NCBI RefSeq assembly: GCF_001194135.2
Contig: NC_068998.1
Location: forward strand, 55,209,331 to 55,273,330
Reading direction: 5' to 3'
DNA: 64,000 nucleotides
Source: Octopus bimaculoides
Taxonomy: Eukaryota
Part shown: in pieces, positions 29,134 through 42,112 of the stretch
Layout of the letters: the number at the start of each line of letters is the position of its first letter
Position numbering within the stretch: the first letter of the stretch is position 1
Position numbers and translations under genes: made by a program
The notes under the pieces: model-generated
The model's input: only the letters and a program-made list of their open reading frames with translations
Database searches by the model: none
What the model was told of the DNA's origin: nothing

Positions 29134-30706
29134 ATGTTCACTTCGATGTTCTCAATCTATCATTAAAAACGCCTTTTTTTCACATTGCCTTTTCTCTTCT
29201 CTAAATATTTACTCGTTTGTCTTTTTAATTATTCACCTTTACACTTTCTCCTTTCAATTTTCTCACACTTTCATTATTTTCTCTTAACTCGTCTTTGGCA
29301 CAGTTTTTAATTATTGCTGAATCTATACTTTCCACCTTATATATATATCTCTTGGTACACTTGCTCCATATACATCGTTGTAGTAGACAGAGAGAAGAGG
29401 GCATTCAGTTTATCCTTACAATACATGTGAAATAGTCTGTGGCTGTCATAAAAAAAAAATGTGTATGGCGTAGCACAAAAGATGAAAGGAAATACTGATT
29501 TAGTTAAAAAATAGCAAAGCTTTGGTGTGAAATCTAAATGATAAGTAATTCCCATGAGTTTAGTTACCCCATAGTGATGTTGACACATGGATATACACGC
29601 ACACACATGCACACACAACACAACATACACATACACACACTCTCTCTCTTCCTCCCTTCCTCTCTCTCTCATACACAGACACACATCATTCCAACATGTC
29701 CTGAGCAGTTTTGAAGTTTGACTTGGGAACATTTCTGTTTTCATCCTGGGGCCAGTCATTATAAACTGAACTGATCCTAAAGGGGACTCATTAGTGCCTT
29801 TGTTAGGGAGCAAAATTTAATGGCTGAGTGTAAAATTGATAATGTTCGATGTGGAGATGCTTAGTGCTTGTACATTATTTGATATGAAGAGCTACAGAAC
29901 TGGTGAGGCTGGTGGTGTAGAAGGCTTCAGTTGCCTTTTCTATCGATTAACATAGAAAATGTTCCCAGCAAGACGTTATACCACATGTAGTGTTGAGGCT
30001 CCAGCTTGGGCATTGAAAGTTGTTTCTTCATTAGAATATCTCATTCATAAAATTGGTTTCCATTTATATAGGTGGGTTAAGAAGCTCACTTGGCAACCTC
30101 ATGGTTTTAGGTTCAGTCCTACTGTGCACCACTTTGAGCAGTTGACTTTTACTATAACCCTGGGTCGATCAATACCTTATGAATGTATCTGGTAGATGGA
30201 AACTGTGTGCAAGTCCACCTTCAGTGTGTGTGTGTGTGTGTGTGTTTGNNNNNNNNNNNNNNNNNNNNNNNNNNNNNNNNNNNNNNNNNNNNNNNNNNNN
30301 NNNNNNNNNNNNNNNNNNNNNNNNNNNNNNNNNNNNNNNNNNNNNNNNNNNNNNNNNNNNNNNNNNNNNNNNNNNNNNNNNNNNNNNNNNNNNNNNNNNN
30401 NNNNNNNNNNNNNNNNNNNNNNNNNNNNNNNNNNNNNNNNNNNNNNNNNNNNNNNNNNNNNNNNNNNNNNNNNNNNNNNNNNNNNNNNNNNNNNNNNNNN
30501 NNNNNNNNNNNNNNNNNNNNNNNNNNNNNNNNNNNNNNNNNNNNNNNNNNNNNNNNNNNNNNNNNNNNNNNNNNNNNNNNNNNNNNNNNNNTTAAACCCG
30601 TTGTTTTGTCCCTGAATACACAACAGAAAAATATTAAAGCTTAAGTCCAAAGGGATTTATTGGGAAGCTACATTGGTCAATTGAAAAATCAAAAGCAAAT
30701 TTGGTT

Positions 30707-30759
<53 letters not shown>

Positions 30760-33099
30760 GCATGTGTCTGTACATGTTGATTTAACGAGCCAGACATTGA
30801 TTGGATCAAATGGGTGTGTGACCAATGCCTAACATTCATTAATGAATGTTTTCATTACCAAAGTGCTTCGAAAGATTAATTACGTTCTTTCTTTCTTGTA
30901 AATGTTTTACGAGGTTAATCTTATTGTCTTAACAATCTTGCTGACTCATTGTGTATATTAAGTAGTTTGTCTTGTAACCTCCTCAGTATCAATTTTTTTT
31001 TATTTATTGCTTTATCATAGGACAACTAATTAACAGTTAGGTTCTGCTTGGTTGACAAAAAGTACCTGACAAGGTCAGTCAACCTGCTAGAAATAGCAGC
31101 CAATTGCCTCAAATCATCGGCAGTGTTCTGTACACTTCTTGACACCAATCCTTATTTATTTTCAAGTTAAGTACTTTATTCCATTTGTCTTTGCTGCTTG
31201 GACCACCCAAATGCAGGATGTTCTTCATGTGGGACACAGGATGTTCTTCATGTGGGACACAACCAAATGTCACTGCTGCCTAAACAGGAACAATGCATAG
31301 ACACAGATGCATACACTCATATACACATGTACATGAACACACATATACATAAGTGTGTGTGTGTGTGTGTGTGAATGTATTAATGTTTATTTCTATGTCA
31401 AGTTATATATAAAAGCAGTTTGATATTAAGCTGAAGAATTGCTCAATACTTTCTTGAAGAGAACATCTTTATTAACTTTTATGAGCAAAAGATTGGCTGT
31501 GACCTTCAAGTGGTGGCTTGTTTGCCTTTGTGAGACAGTCTGATGAAAGAGCAAGCTGACACTTTGAAGTCACTGTCAACTTATTCCTTCACTTAATGTA
31601 GAAGACATTAATTTAAGGAATAGTTAGGTGTTAGTTGAGGATTCCTCATCATTTTCTTGTGTTATTAGCTTTATAAAAATCTATCTTTAAAGATGTCCAG
31701 TAAAAACCATGCAGTTATCAAGTCCTTTACTTCTAAAATTTATTGCTTGTAAAAAGTGCCATCTTCGTACAAAAGTTATTTGGAATATTTCACTTATGTC
31801 ATCTTCTTCACTCTTTCAATCTCTCATTTTTGTTTCTGTTCTTGGCTATTATTTTCTCCTGTTTCTCATCTTACATTTTAGCTTTCAAGGTCACTTAATG
31901 GTGTCTATGAATACTGTCGCTTCTGTGTCCCCTTCCCTAACAGCTGCTGATTCACAATATTTTTTATTTTCACTTATAATCTCCTTTACCGTCTTCTCTT
32001 ACGAAGCCACCTGACTAGTAAGACTAGATTGTTTCTTTTCAATGGTCTTTAATTACTTTTGGGGAAAGAGATTGTAGAAGGGTAGCTCTGGATTATTACA
32101 TAAAACTCTTAAAATGATGTGAAACTCCTTTTCTTTTCAAAGCTTTCTTACTACAAATCTTATATACTGGAAATCCGGTTACATTTAAGATCTGTAAGCT
32201 TGTCCTGTCTAATAATCTCATTATTCTAACACATTTGTAACATCATTAATTACAAAAATATTTCTTCATATTTTTTTTATTACTTTTACTCAGCCATTTC
32301 CAAAGTTGGTGTTAGATCAGCTTTTTTTAAAATTCTTTTCTTGTCCGTCTCTTATAAAAGAACACAACATCAATAAAAACTAACAATAAAAACCAACAAT
32401 ATTTTCTTCATATGATTTGATAGGAATCCTTTTTTTTTTCAAAAATTGACCAGATGTCTATTTTTGCAAACTTGTAGCATTGAAAATAAAGTAAAATACT
32501 TGATTTGGTATTTTGGTTCTCATTCTCTGATCTTTTGGGTTCAAACAAACAGCATCTCTTTAAACATTTAAATTGAAGACATCTCTGATTTTCCAAAAGT
32601 TGAAATCAATCTTGTTTCTATAAATGTGTTTTGTGTTGTGTGTTGGTGTGTATATATTTTTGGTTTTGAAAATGACTTCTACTTGTTTCTTTTCAGCTTC
32701 TGAGTTCTTAACTTGTGTCGGTGCTGCTTCAATAAATAATCTTCCTCTTGGCACTCATTAACCATCAAACATGGGATCGGCAAGTGTTGAGGTATCGTAT
32801 CTTTGTCTCTGTGCATGGCATTCCATTTAATGCATGGTTATCAAAGATCTCCTTAGTCGTAGGCCTGTCACTCATTAAACTCACATCAATTCCTATCGCT
32901 TTTAATTAATAACTTCTAATTTAATAGCACACAAATGCATCATTATCAAACATGTTCTATTAAATGTCGTTAATCCCAATCACTTTTAATTGGTAGTTTC
33001 TAATCTCCTAATTGTAATTATAAAGATGCATGATTATCAAAGATGTCCCTTGGTGTATATCAGACATTATATAGCATTGTTAATTTTTATTATTTTTGA

Positions 33100-33256
33100 C
33101 CCTTTAGCATTTAAAATGGCTATATCCAGTTCAAATATTTTACCTTTTTCTATGTTCAAACTGGTCAGATCCAGCCTCTCACACCTATCCTACAATGTCA
33201 TTCTAAAAATAAACGAGCATTACATTTGTCAGAGTAATAATCTGAATGCTAAATGG
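33100..33256. mobile_element. piggyBac-like MITE (CCCTTTAGCATT...AATGCTAAATGG) with TTGA/TTAA flanks
   Basis: Terminal inverted repeats starting CCC and TTAA-like target sites. Its internal sequence (aaactggtcagatccagcctctcacacctatcctacaatgtcattctaaaaat) is shared with 41476-41679 and, inverted, with 55155-55348. Confidence 0.7.
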
Positions 33257-33611
33257 TTAATTACTAATTTCTAATTTAAATATAAACAGATGCATGATTA
33301 TCAGTGATGTTCCTTGTTGTGTGTCTGCCAGTCATGAAATGTCATTGTTAATTTTTATCATTTTTAATTAGTAGCTTCTAATACCGCAAATTTAAATAAT
33401 ATATGAATGTAAGCTATTCTAATTAACTGTATTGTTGTTAATTAGGTATGTATTGCATTTACCATTACTATTAATGCTATTAGTTAGTTGTTGATGTCTT
33501 GTGATAATTTTTTGTTTGGTTTTTCAATTCTTTAAAAGTAATTCCTATGAAATAAAAACCAAATCTCTTGAAGCAGATTTGTGTTTTCACTAAAATATTT
33601 CTCTTCAACAA

Positions 33612-33612
<1 letters not shown>

Positions 33613-33676
<64 letters not shown>

Positions 33677-33703
33677 TAATAATAATAATAATAATAATAA
33701 TAA
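33613..33703. repeat. (AAT)n microsatellite, about 30 units
   Basis: Read directly; source of the poly-Ile ORF. Confidence 0.95.
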
Positions 33704-35027
33704 TAGAAATATAGTGCAATACTTTAAACATTGAAGTTAATTGAACATTTACATGAAGCATTTGAAAGAAATTTAAACAATTAAATGGTTGAGACTTTTG
33801 CATCATACTGCACATGACTCTTCATATATGCAACTGTTCATGCAAACATGCATCTACATGCAATTTAATAAGCAGGTTATGTAGTTTTTGTCCAATTTTT
33901 TGTCCAGGTTTCAGGTTTTCAATTGTCCAGTTGCTGGTTCATTCTACTCCAGTAAAAGATGTTTTCATTCAAAAGCACCATTTTTTTTTTTTTTTTGTTA
34001 TTTTACTGATGTTAACATCTTTTTATTAATCTACATCAGCAAAAGATATGTACCCACAAATTAGTGTTTTCTAGTCAAAAATACCTGTCATGGAAGCTCA
34101 CTGGGTGTTACATATTTACGTCTTATCACATCTAACAGGCTTATACAGTTTTCATGAACCAAATTCCATTCTCAAAAACATTGCACAGCTCAAGGAAATG
34201 GTGAAAGACACTTCCATAAAGTGTTGCACAATTGGATCAAACTTAAAACCATGTGGTTCCAAAGCAGACCTCTGGCATTGCTGCCCATTCTTGGCCTGTA
34301 GAAAAGAAAGATGATTATATCTCTTCAAATAATTGAGACTCATTCAAACATTCTTTCTGAAAAATTGTTCTGGAAAAATTGTTTGAGAATGTTGTTGTTT
34401 TGTTGTTGCATCCCATCCAGATGTGACCATCCCATCTATTTGTACAACCTGGACTACATTGTGCAAGTGTGGCTTTTTTCTTTCAAAGATGGTAAAATGT
34501 TATTTGAGAGGAATTTGTCTGCTGTTTCTTGTGGATTGTGTGACTACTTAGAAACTCTCTCAGTCACCAAGGTTTGAAGGTTCTAGAAAGTTGTAAGAAT
34601 TATATCAACTGGTTCCAACAACATTCAAACTGCATCAAACTTTTGGTCTTTTTAAGGTCTTGTATTCCTTCTAGGTTGAATCTAGACATAATCAAAGCCA
34701 AAAGTAGAATTAGTCTTTTATAGTTACTATATTAATGCTTCATAGAGACAATGCTACTTTTATTTCTATGAAAAGTTATCTTCATCCAGTTACAACTTTT
34801 TTTGTAAAAAGAGAAAAGTATGGTTAGCTTTTGATACAAAAGACCTGACTGTTTTAGAACCATCTGGAAACTGATGAGATCTGAGTCTCTCATTGTATCT
34901 TTAAGTATTTTCTTTTTCTTTTCTTTATCTATCTTGTCTATTGTAACTTGTTTATTAAATTGACTGTAGCATATAAATAGCCAGGTTAAGTATAACAGAA
35001 TAACTCTTGTGAATTGTATATACATAC

Positions 35028-35099
<72 letters not shown>

Positions 35100-35601
35100 T
35101 TCATTTTTCTGTTTGGTTTGCAATATTTGATGTGAATTTGTGTGCTGAAACAAATCTTGTGTATTGGGAGGGTCATTATGTAAATAATAATTAAAATAAA
35201 CACACACTGGTTCAGTACACTTCTTTAGTTTACCAACTAACTCTCCAATTGTATGTTTAACATTTGTTTAACGATTGAACAATCAATCAGTCTACCAAGT
35301 AGAGTGCATGGAGGGTAATTGTAGGGATCTTTGGGACACGCACTGGGGAGGCTTTTTGGGAGTTTGGCTGAGGGGCTGGGTGAGGGATGGTGAACAGTCA
35401 TTGGTGTTCTGCTGGCAAAACAGGGATCCACATGGCAGCTGAATTGAATTAGTATTGAAATCTTGTCTCATTGCCAAAACATACGAGTGTGTCCTCATAA
35501 ATGAGAGAATACCAACACTAAACAGAAGACACACATAGTAAATAACAGGGCCATGACCACTGCAGAATCCACAATGTGGAAGGGAGGGCGTGTGTAGGTA
35601 T

Positions 35602-35667
35602 GGGTGGGTATATGTAGGGTGGGTATATATAGGGTGGGTGTATATAGGGTGGCTGTATATAGGGTGG
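35602..35667 (+). repeat. G-rich ~15-bp tandem (TATATAGGGTGGGT) with G-quadruplex motif
   Basis: GGGTGGG-tatatgta-GGGTGGG-tatatata-GGGTGGG fits G3N1-8 x4 or more. Confidence 0.75.
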
Positions 35668-37841
35668 TATTAGAATGACAACAGGCTACATAGAAATCTG
35701 TAAAGATAAATACATGAAATTTTGAACAGTTCCTGAACTATTGAGAAATCTGCAGTTACTCTATCCTGATTACAAGTTCAGGTTTATACCTGTAATTATC
35801 AGGGCCCTTGGATATTCAGCACCATGCCTAAATACCAATCTTGAGAAATTAGGCTTCTCAAAACCAGGAAGAAGAATGCTAATTCGAAGAATACAGGTCT
35901 AATCCATCACTGGAACTGTAAGAGTCTGTAAAACTTTCCAGAAGTTTATCAATTAAATATATATGAACATGTCTAGATATGTAACTATATGCATGAGAAT
36001 ACATAAAGCAAAACATACAAATCTGTACATACATACATACATACAAAAAACAAACACACAAACAAAAATACCCTGTTGCTGATGTTGAAATTCCAATGAA
36101 GGAACCTTGGATCTAGGTTAGAAACCGGTTCTTTCTCTATTGACAAGAAATCTTGAAATAAACTGAATAATAACATAGATACATATATGCATTCATATTG
36201 TTCTGTGAGAGAGGGACCAAAGGTCATGCACTGTTGTAGAGGTCAGCTGCCCAACAGATGTGAACCACAGATTTACAAACACTGAGAACAACTCTCTTAA
36301 CTGAAAAAAAAAATCTTGTTACTTTGTTATTAACAACTGGTTTGAACTCTCTCCATAACTTGTATAAACCGAAAGGAAAGTAATGCACACACACACACAC
36401 ACATGCACACATACACACACACACATGCACATATACATATATACTCAAACACATACAAATACATATACATGCACATACCTCCACCACACATGGATACATG
36501 TGTGTGTGTGGTTGTATTTGTGTTTGTCTCTCACCACTTGATAACTGGTGTTGGTTTGTTTATGTTCTTGTAAATTAGTGATTTGGAAAGAGAGGCTGAT
36601 AGAATAATTACCCAACTAGTGTACGATTTTACTTTTCCTTCTTTTTTGTGCCAATCAAACAAATATCAAAATGTTATATTCAACTTGTTTGGGTGGCAAA
36701 GATGACTTTTAAATATTGTGATCAGCCGATGAGAAATAATCATATACCTTTTGCTGTTTCTAATTTTAATATTAATAAGTTTCGTATTTTCTGAAGGTCT
36801 TTTCAACTGAAATAAAAATTTCAAATGAGAGACTTAATTTCTATCTTTTTCTCATTTCTGTTTCAGCTTCATTTCATTCAAGTTTAATTTTAGAATCTCA
36901 TCCTCCACACCTTAATGGCTGATAAACCAATCTATTTGTGTCGTAACCTTGTACACTCTTAGAACTTTAGCTCTGTATTGGTAGAACAGCTTTCATCTTT
37001 CCTGTCTTTGGTCAGTTGCTTCTTGTTTCATGGAAACAAGAACTGATTGTCTATGTGTAGAAACTTCAATATTTTGGCCCTTATCACTTTGCTCCTCTGC
37101 TGCAAATATTCCATGTCAGAATAAAGAATGACATTCATTTACGTTGTAAAGAGACTGATGTAGATTCTGATCCTGTCTGGAAGAGCTAAAGACTCTAACC
37201 CTGGTCCATTTTCTACTCACTGCAACAACAATCGTCTTTTCTGCCATCAAAGTGTTATTTATGTTGTTTAGGTTTTCTTGCTATTTATATGCACACACAC
37301 ACACACACACACACACATACGGCTGTTTTCAGTTCCATCTACCAGACCCACTCACAAGGCTACAGTAGAAGACACTCGCCCAAAGTGCCATGCGGTGGGA
37401 CTGAACCTGAAACAATGTGGTTGGGAAGCAAAGCACACAACCAAGCCTGTAGCTATGTACATACCACATACATACGTGTGTGTGTGTATGTGATTTAGAG
37501 AGTGGTGATGGTCCTGTGCAAGACCCTTCCTCACTTTGAAAAGCTTCACGAACTCGCATCGCTCTCTTCTCAGCATCTCTTATTATGCGTTGCATATTAA
37601 TGGCTGGCTGAAAAGGCTGAAAAGGGCGAAGTAGTGAATCGAAGATTCCATGATGGAACGAAGGTGTTGTGAGTCAGTGAGGCTGGTGAGCTTTTTGAAC
37701 ACCTGCCGCAAGAGGTGCTCATTATTGTCACATCTCTGCAAAAGGGCTGCAGGACCTCCACAGTCATGAGCCATTCACATCCATGATGCTCTAAGACAAC
37801 ACCCAAGCAATGACAGTGTTGCTTGGATTAGAATTTCAGCC

Positions 37842-37874
<33 letters not shown>

Positions 37875-38007
37875 CCCGTCCTTATTTTCTTTGTATCGTC
37901 TATCTGGATGTTATGTTGTCCCTTTCTTGTATCACCTAACTGTTTGGATGTTTTGCGTTCTTGTCCCGTTTTGTATTTTTTTTATATACATATTTATATA
38001 CACATCG

Positions 38008-38044
<37 letters not shown>

Positions 38045-38273
38045 ATCACTACATTACAAAAAGGAGGACGTCCAGGGAGACTACCTGTTAGTACAGAGTT
38101 ACCTCCCTTACTGCGGCGCGCTGCTATCTCCTCTCTCCCTCCCTCGCCATCACCCCCCCCCTCGCCATCACCTCCCTCCTCATCTGCTCTCTCTCTCCTC
38201 TTCTTCTTTCATCAAACAACAACAACAACACCACATCTCGACTTCTTCCTTGTTTGCTGTTCATTTGACAATT

Positions 38274-38303
38274 ATGAGTCCCACCGAGCAAAAAGCTGAC
38301 GGC
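38274..38303 (+). CDS. Candidate alternative first exon, coding part MSPTEQKADG (phase 0)
   Basis: ATG with A at -3, 10 codons, then GTAAGT at 38304. It follows about 190 nt of ATG-free, pyrimidine/CpG-rich leader that starts near an Inr-like TTAGT (38088). In frame with the ATG at 57232. No transcript evidence. Confidence 0.6.
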
Positions 38304-40270
38304 GTAAGTTAAAATTCACTTTTAATGCCTTCACTTTGTTGAACGACAATATTTCATAAAAGACCAACCTATGAATCATCGAATCTTTTCTCTTTTTTTT
38401 ACCGCAGTCTCTAATGTCTTCTCTTTCATTCATTCCGTTGTTTGTCTTTTTCTCTTTTAACTCTGCGTCTCCAGAATCTATTTCTCTCACGCAATAATGA
38501 CAAGAAACCGTAGCAAATAAAATGGAATCTCTTTGTTGTTGGCTGTCTGTGTGTGGTTTCATTTCCTTCGTTCTTTTCATTATTTAATCGTAATCAATGG
38601 GGAAAAAAAAGGTGTTTGAGGTGGGGAAGAATAAATTTATTTGAGAGAAAAGGAAAAAGCTGACAAACGATAAAATAATCTAAAAACTGTAAATTTATTC
38701 CCTAGAAGATTGTGTGTTAGTGAAGAAAAGATCCCTTAATGAATCATACCGAGTGATTATTGTATTAAGTCTCCTCCTTAAGCTGTCAGCCTTTCGCACT
38801 CTCACTGGTTTGTCCAGCGAAGTAATGGTTAAATTCTTCGAACAGATAATTCGTTAAAAAAATAATACAAATAAAACGAAAATCAAATAAATGAATAGAT
38901 ACAAAAGATAAAGTTTATCGTTTTAAATGGTCATCTTACTTGACCATTTCCCCCCCCCCCCCGTTTAATAAGGGTTAAAATAATTGTATATCTATATACA
39001 TATGTATATATATTTTTGTGTGTGTAAGTCTGTATTATATTTGCGTCTGTATGTATGTGTGTATGCGTGCTTGCTTATATGTGTGTTTAAATTCTAGTGT
39101 GTCTCTGAAATAGTAGTCTCTAATGATTTATATTCGGTTTAGTAATATATTACTAGTAAGCATGAATATTCACCATCACAACTGGACACTCTATTCAGAA
39201 TAATAAATGTGGATTGATAGAATTTATTTGGTGTTGCTGGACTTTGTTCTTGCATTCAGTTTGGCTTTTCTTTTCACCATTCATCAAAGTGTCTGTTCTC
39301 TATTTTTTTTTAGTCTCACCCTTTCTATATTTCTCTGTATAAATATAAATTCCGCATATATATATATATATATANNNNNNNNNNTATATTTGTGTGTGTT
39401 TGTGTTGTCAGTTGTAGGCTATAGTTTGGCAGCATTTAATTAGCTGAAATGTTGCATAGGGGTACACCTCTCCAACGAGAAGGTCATATACTGTGTGACG
39501 TTTCCTAATAATCTCTATAAAACCCAGACCGAATCCGGGCCTGCTGCTTCTACACTCACGCGCATATTACACATACATCTGTTCATGAAAATATCAGCCT
39601 TTTTTTACGTCCACTTTTTCTTGCTGGTGTGTGTGTGTGTGTGTGTATTAGTCATATGAATGCATGTGTATGTATGTATGCTTATATATACATAAATATA
39701 TAACCATGTATATTTGTGTGTGTGTGTGTGTGTACATAGGTGCACATGTATTGCATCACCATCTTTTAATGTCCACCGTCAATGCTGATAATGAGTGAAC
39801 AGTATGTATGTGTGCGTGTATGTATGTATATATCTGTGTACATATGTATCATCATCATTGTTTAACGTCCGTCTTCCATTGTATATATGTATGTATGTGT
39901 GTATGTATATACATGTATGTATATATGTATGTATGTGTGTATGTATATACATGTATGTATATATGTATGTATGTGTGTATGTATATACATATATGTATGT
40001 ATGTGTGTGTTTGTCTGTATGTATGTGTATATATATATATTTAAAAAACTTAGGGAATAATAAGTATTCCAGGTTATCTGGACATTTACTATTTTACACT
40101 TTACGAATGCAATGTAAACAGTATCGTTTATAATATTATTACAAATTTGGGGGTTTAGCAATAGAACCACAACTCCTATTTCAGGATAACCTTATTGTCT
40201 GGAATACATATAGAAAGTTATATCCATTATAATAATAAAATAATATAAGCATTTTAAAACCTACTATAAA

Positions 40271-40613
40271 TCATCATCATCACTGTTTAACGTCCGCTTT
40301 CCATGCTGGCATGGGTTGGACGATTTGACTGAGGACTGGTGAAGCCAGATGGCTACACCAGGCTCCAATCTGATTTGGCAGAGTTTCTACAGCTGGATGC
40401 CCTTCCTAACGCCAACCACTCTGAGAGTGTAGTGGGTGCTTTTACGAAGGCCAGTCAGGCGGTACTGGCAACGGCTACGCTCAAAATGGTGTTTTTTACG
40501 AGCCACCTGCACAGGAGCCAGTCCAGTGGCACTGGCAACAACCTCGCTCGAATGTCTTTACACGTGCCACTGGCACAAGTACCAGGAAGGCGACGTTGGG
40601 CACAGGTGCCATC
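40271..40613 (-). mobile_element. RTE-tailed element with (GAT)n tail
   Basis: Same 3' sequence as 6361-6545. Other copies at about 4205 (-), 17320-17480 (+), 21600-21715 (+), 25410 (-), 39845 (-). Confidence 0.8.
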
Positions 40614-40834
40614 ATATATATATATATGTATGTGTGTGCATATGTTTGTGTGTGTTTGTCCCCCCAGCATCGGTTGACAATCAATACTGGTGTGTTTACA
40701 CCCCCGTAAATTAGCGGTTCAGCAAAAAGAGACCGATAGAATAAGTACTAGGCTTACAAAGAATAAGTCCTGGGGTCGATTTGCTCGACTTGGTGCTCCA
40801 GCATGGCTGCAGTCAAAGAGTAAGGAGTATACAT

Positions 40835-40909
<75 letters not shown>

Positions 40910-41475
40910 TATATGTATACGTATGTGATTGCATATGTTTGTGTATGTATATATGTTGGGTAAGTATATATATATAACGTGCATGTCGCTGTGTGTGTGT
41001 GAGATGTGCACATAGATAAGTGTTTGAGGTTATGTCACAATTAGTGGATGGTTAAACTGTAAGAAAGATGATGATAAATAGATTTTTCAGTTTTATATAT
41101 TGAGATGTCTTTTCTCTGTTTCGTTTTGTCTGGTTAATAAAAAGACGAAGAATTGGAAATCTTTACGCTGATGTATTTTTTTGTTAGGAAAAGACATTAT
41201 CAGGCTTGTCATTCTGAAAAACAGAATAGCCACGATATTTGGTGTGAGCGATGTAGAAACTAACAGGTGTGATTCAAGTATATGTTGGCTAAATGTGATA
41301 AAGAGGATAAACGAGATAATCTGTTGCCATTGTACTTGAAGGGGAAAGAAGCAGGCATGGTGGACGAGGCTTTGAAAAATTTCATCAAAGACAAATTGTT
41401 GTTGTTAATCTTCATGTCATCCTTAGTCAGATTTCTAATTAGAGATATTCCAGGTGTGACAAATTCATCTTCCAT

Positions 41476-41679
41476 TCCTTTAGCATTGAAACCAACCCCA
41501 ATATTCTACCTGTTTCATACTGGCCAGATCCAGCCTCTTCCACCTACCCTACAATGTCATTCTAAAAATTTACAACCACATCATCAAAGTATCCAAGTCA
41601 TGAGATAATGTATAATTAATTCAGAACAATGTGAATGAACAAGAATTTCAGTTGAGAGAATAATGTGAATGGTAAAGGG
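41476..41679. mobile_element. piggyBac-like MITE copy
   Basis: CCTTTAGCATT ... GAATGGTAAAGGG followed by TTAA (41680-41683); shared internal core. Confidence 0.7.
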
Positions 41680-41832
41680 TTAAAAGGTGGCCCCTTCCTG
41701 ATTTGAGGGAGAATTTTAGCAAGTTGAATGTTTATGTAAAAAAAAAAAAGAAAGAAAACAAAACTTCTTAGCATCTCAAAGGTCAAGAGTTTACTTTTAG
41801 ATGTTGTTTAAGATTGCAGTGAAAGTCGTAAC

Positions 41833-42112
41833 ATGTTATAATCCATAAGAAATGGTTATAATCCATAAGAAATGGTTATAATCCATAAGAAATGTTACAA
41901 TCGATAAGAAATGGTTATAATCCATAAGAAATGGTTATAATCCATAAGAAATGGTTATAATCCATAAGAAATGGTTATAATCCATAAGAAATGTTATAAT
42001 CGATAAGAAATGGTTATAATCCATAAAAAATGGTTATAATCCATAAGAAATGTTATAATCCATAAGAAATGGTTATAATCCATAAGAAATGTTGTAATCC
42101 ATAAGAAATGGT
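41833..42112. repeat. Minisatellite, 19-20-bp unit GGTTATAATCCATAAGAAAT, about 14 copies
   Basis: Counted directly. Confidence 0.95.

Noticed and set aside
35292-35534. Minus-strand ORF faintly like a Penelope GIY-YIG C-terminus
   Set aside because: Similarity too weak to call by eye.
41282-41608. 108-aa plus-strand ORF MLAKCDKEDK...
   Set aside because: No recognisable domain or splice context, and its 3' part runs through a MITE.
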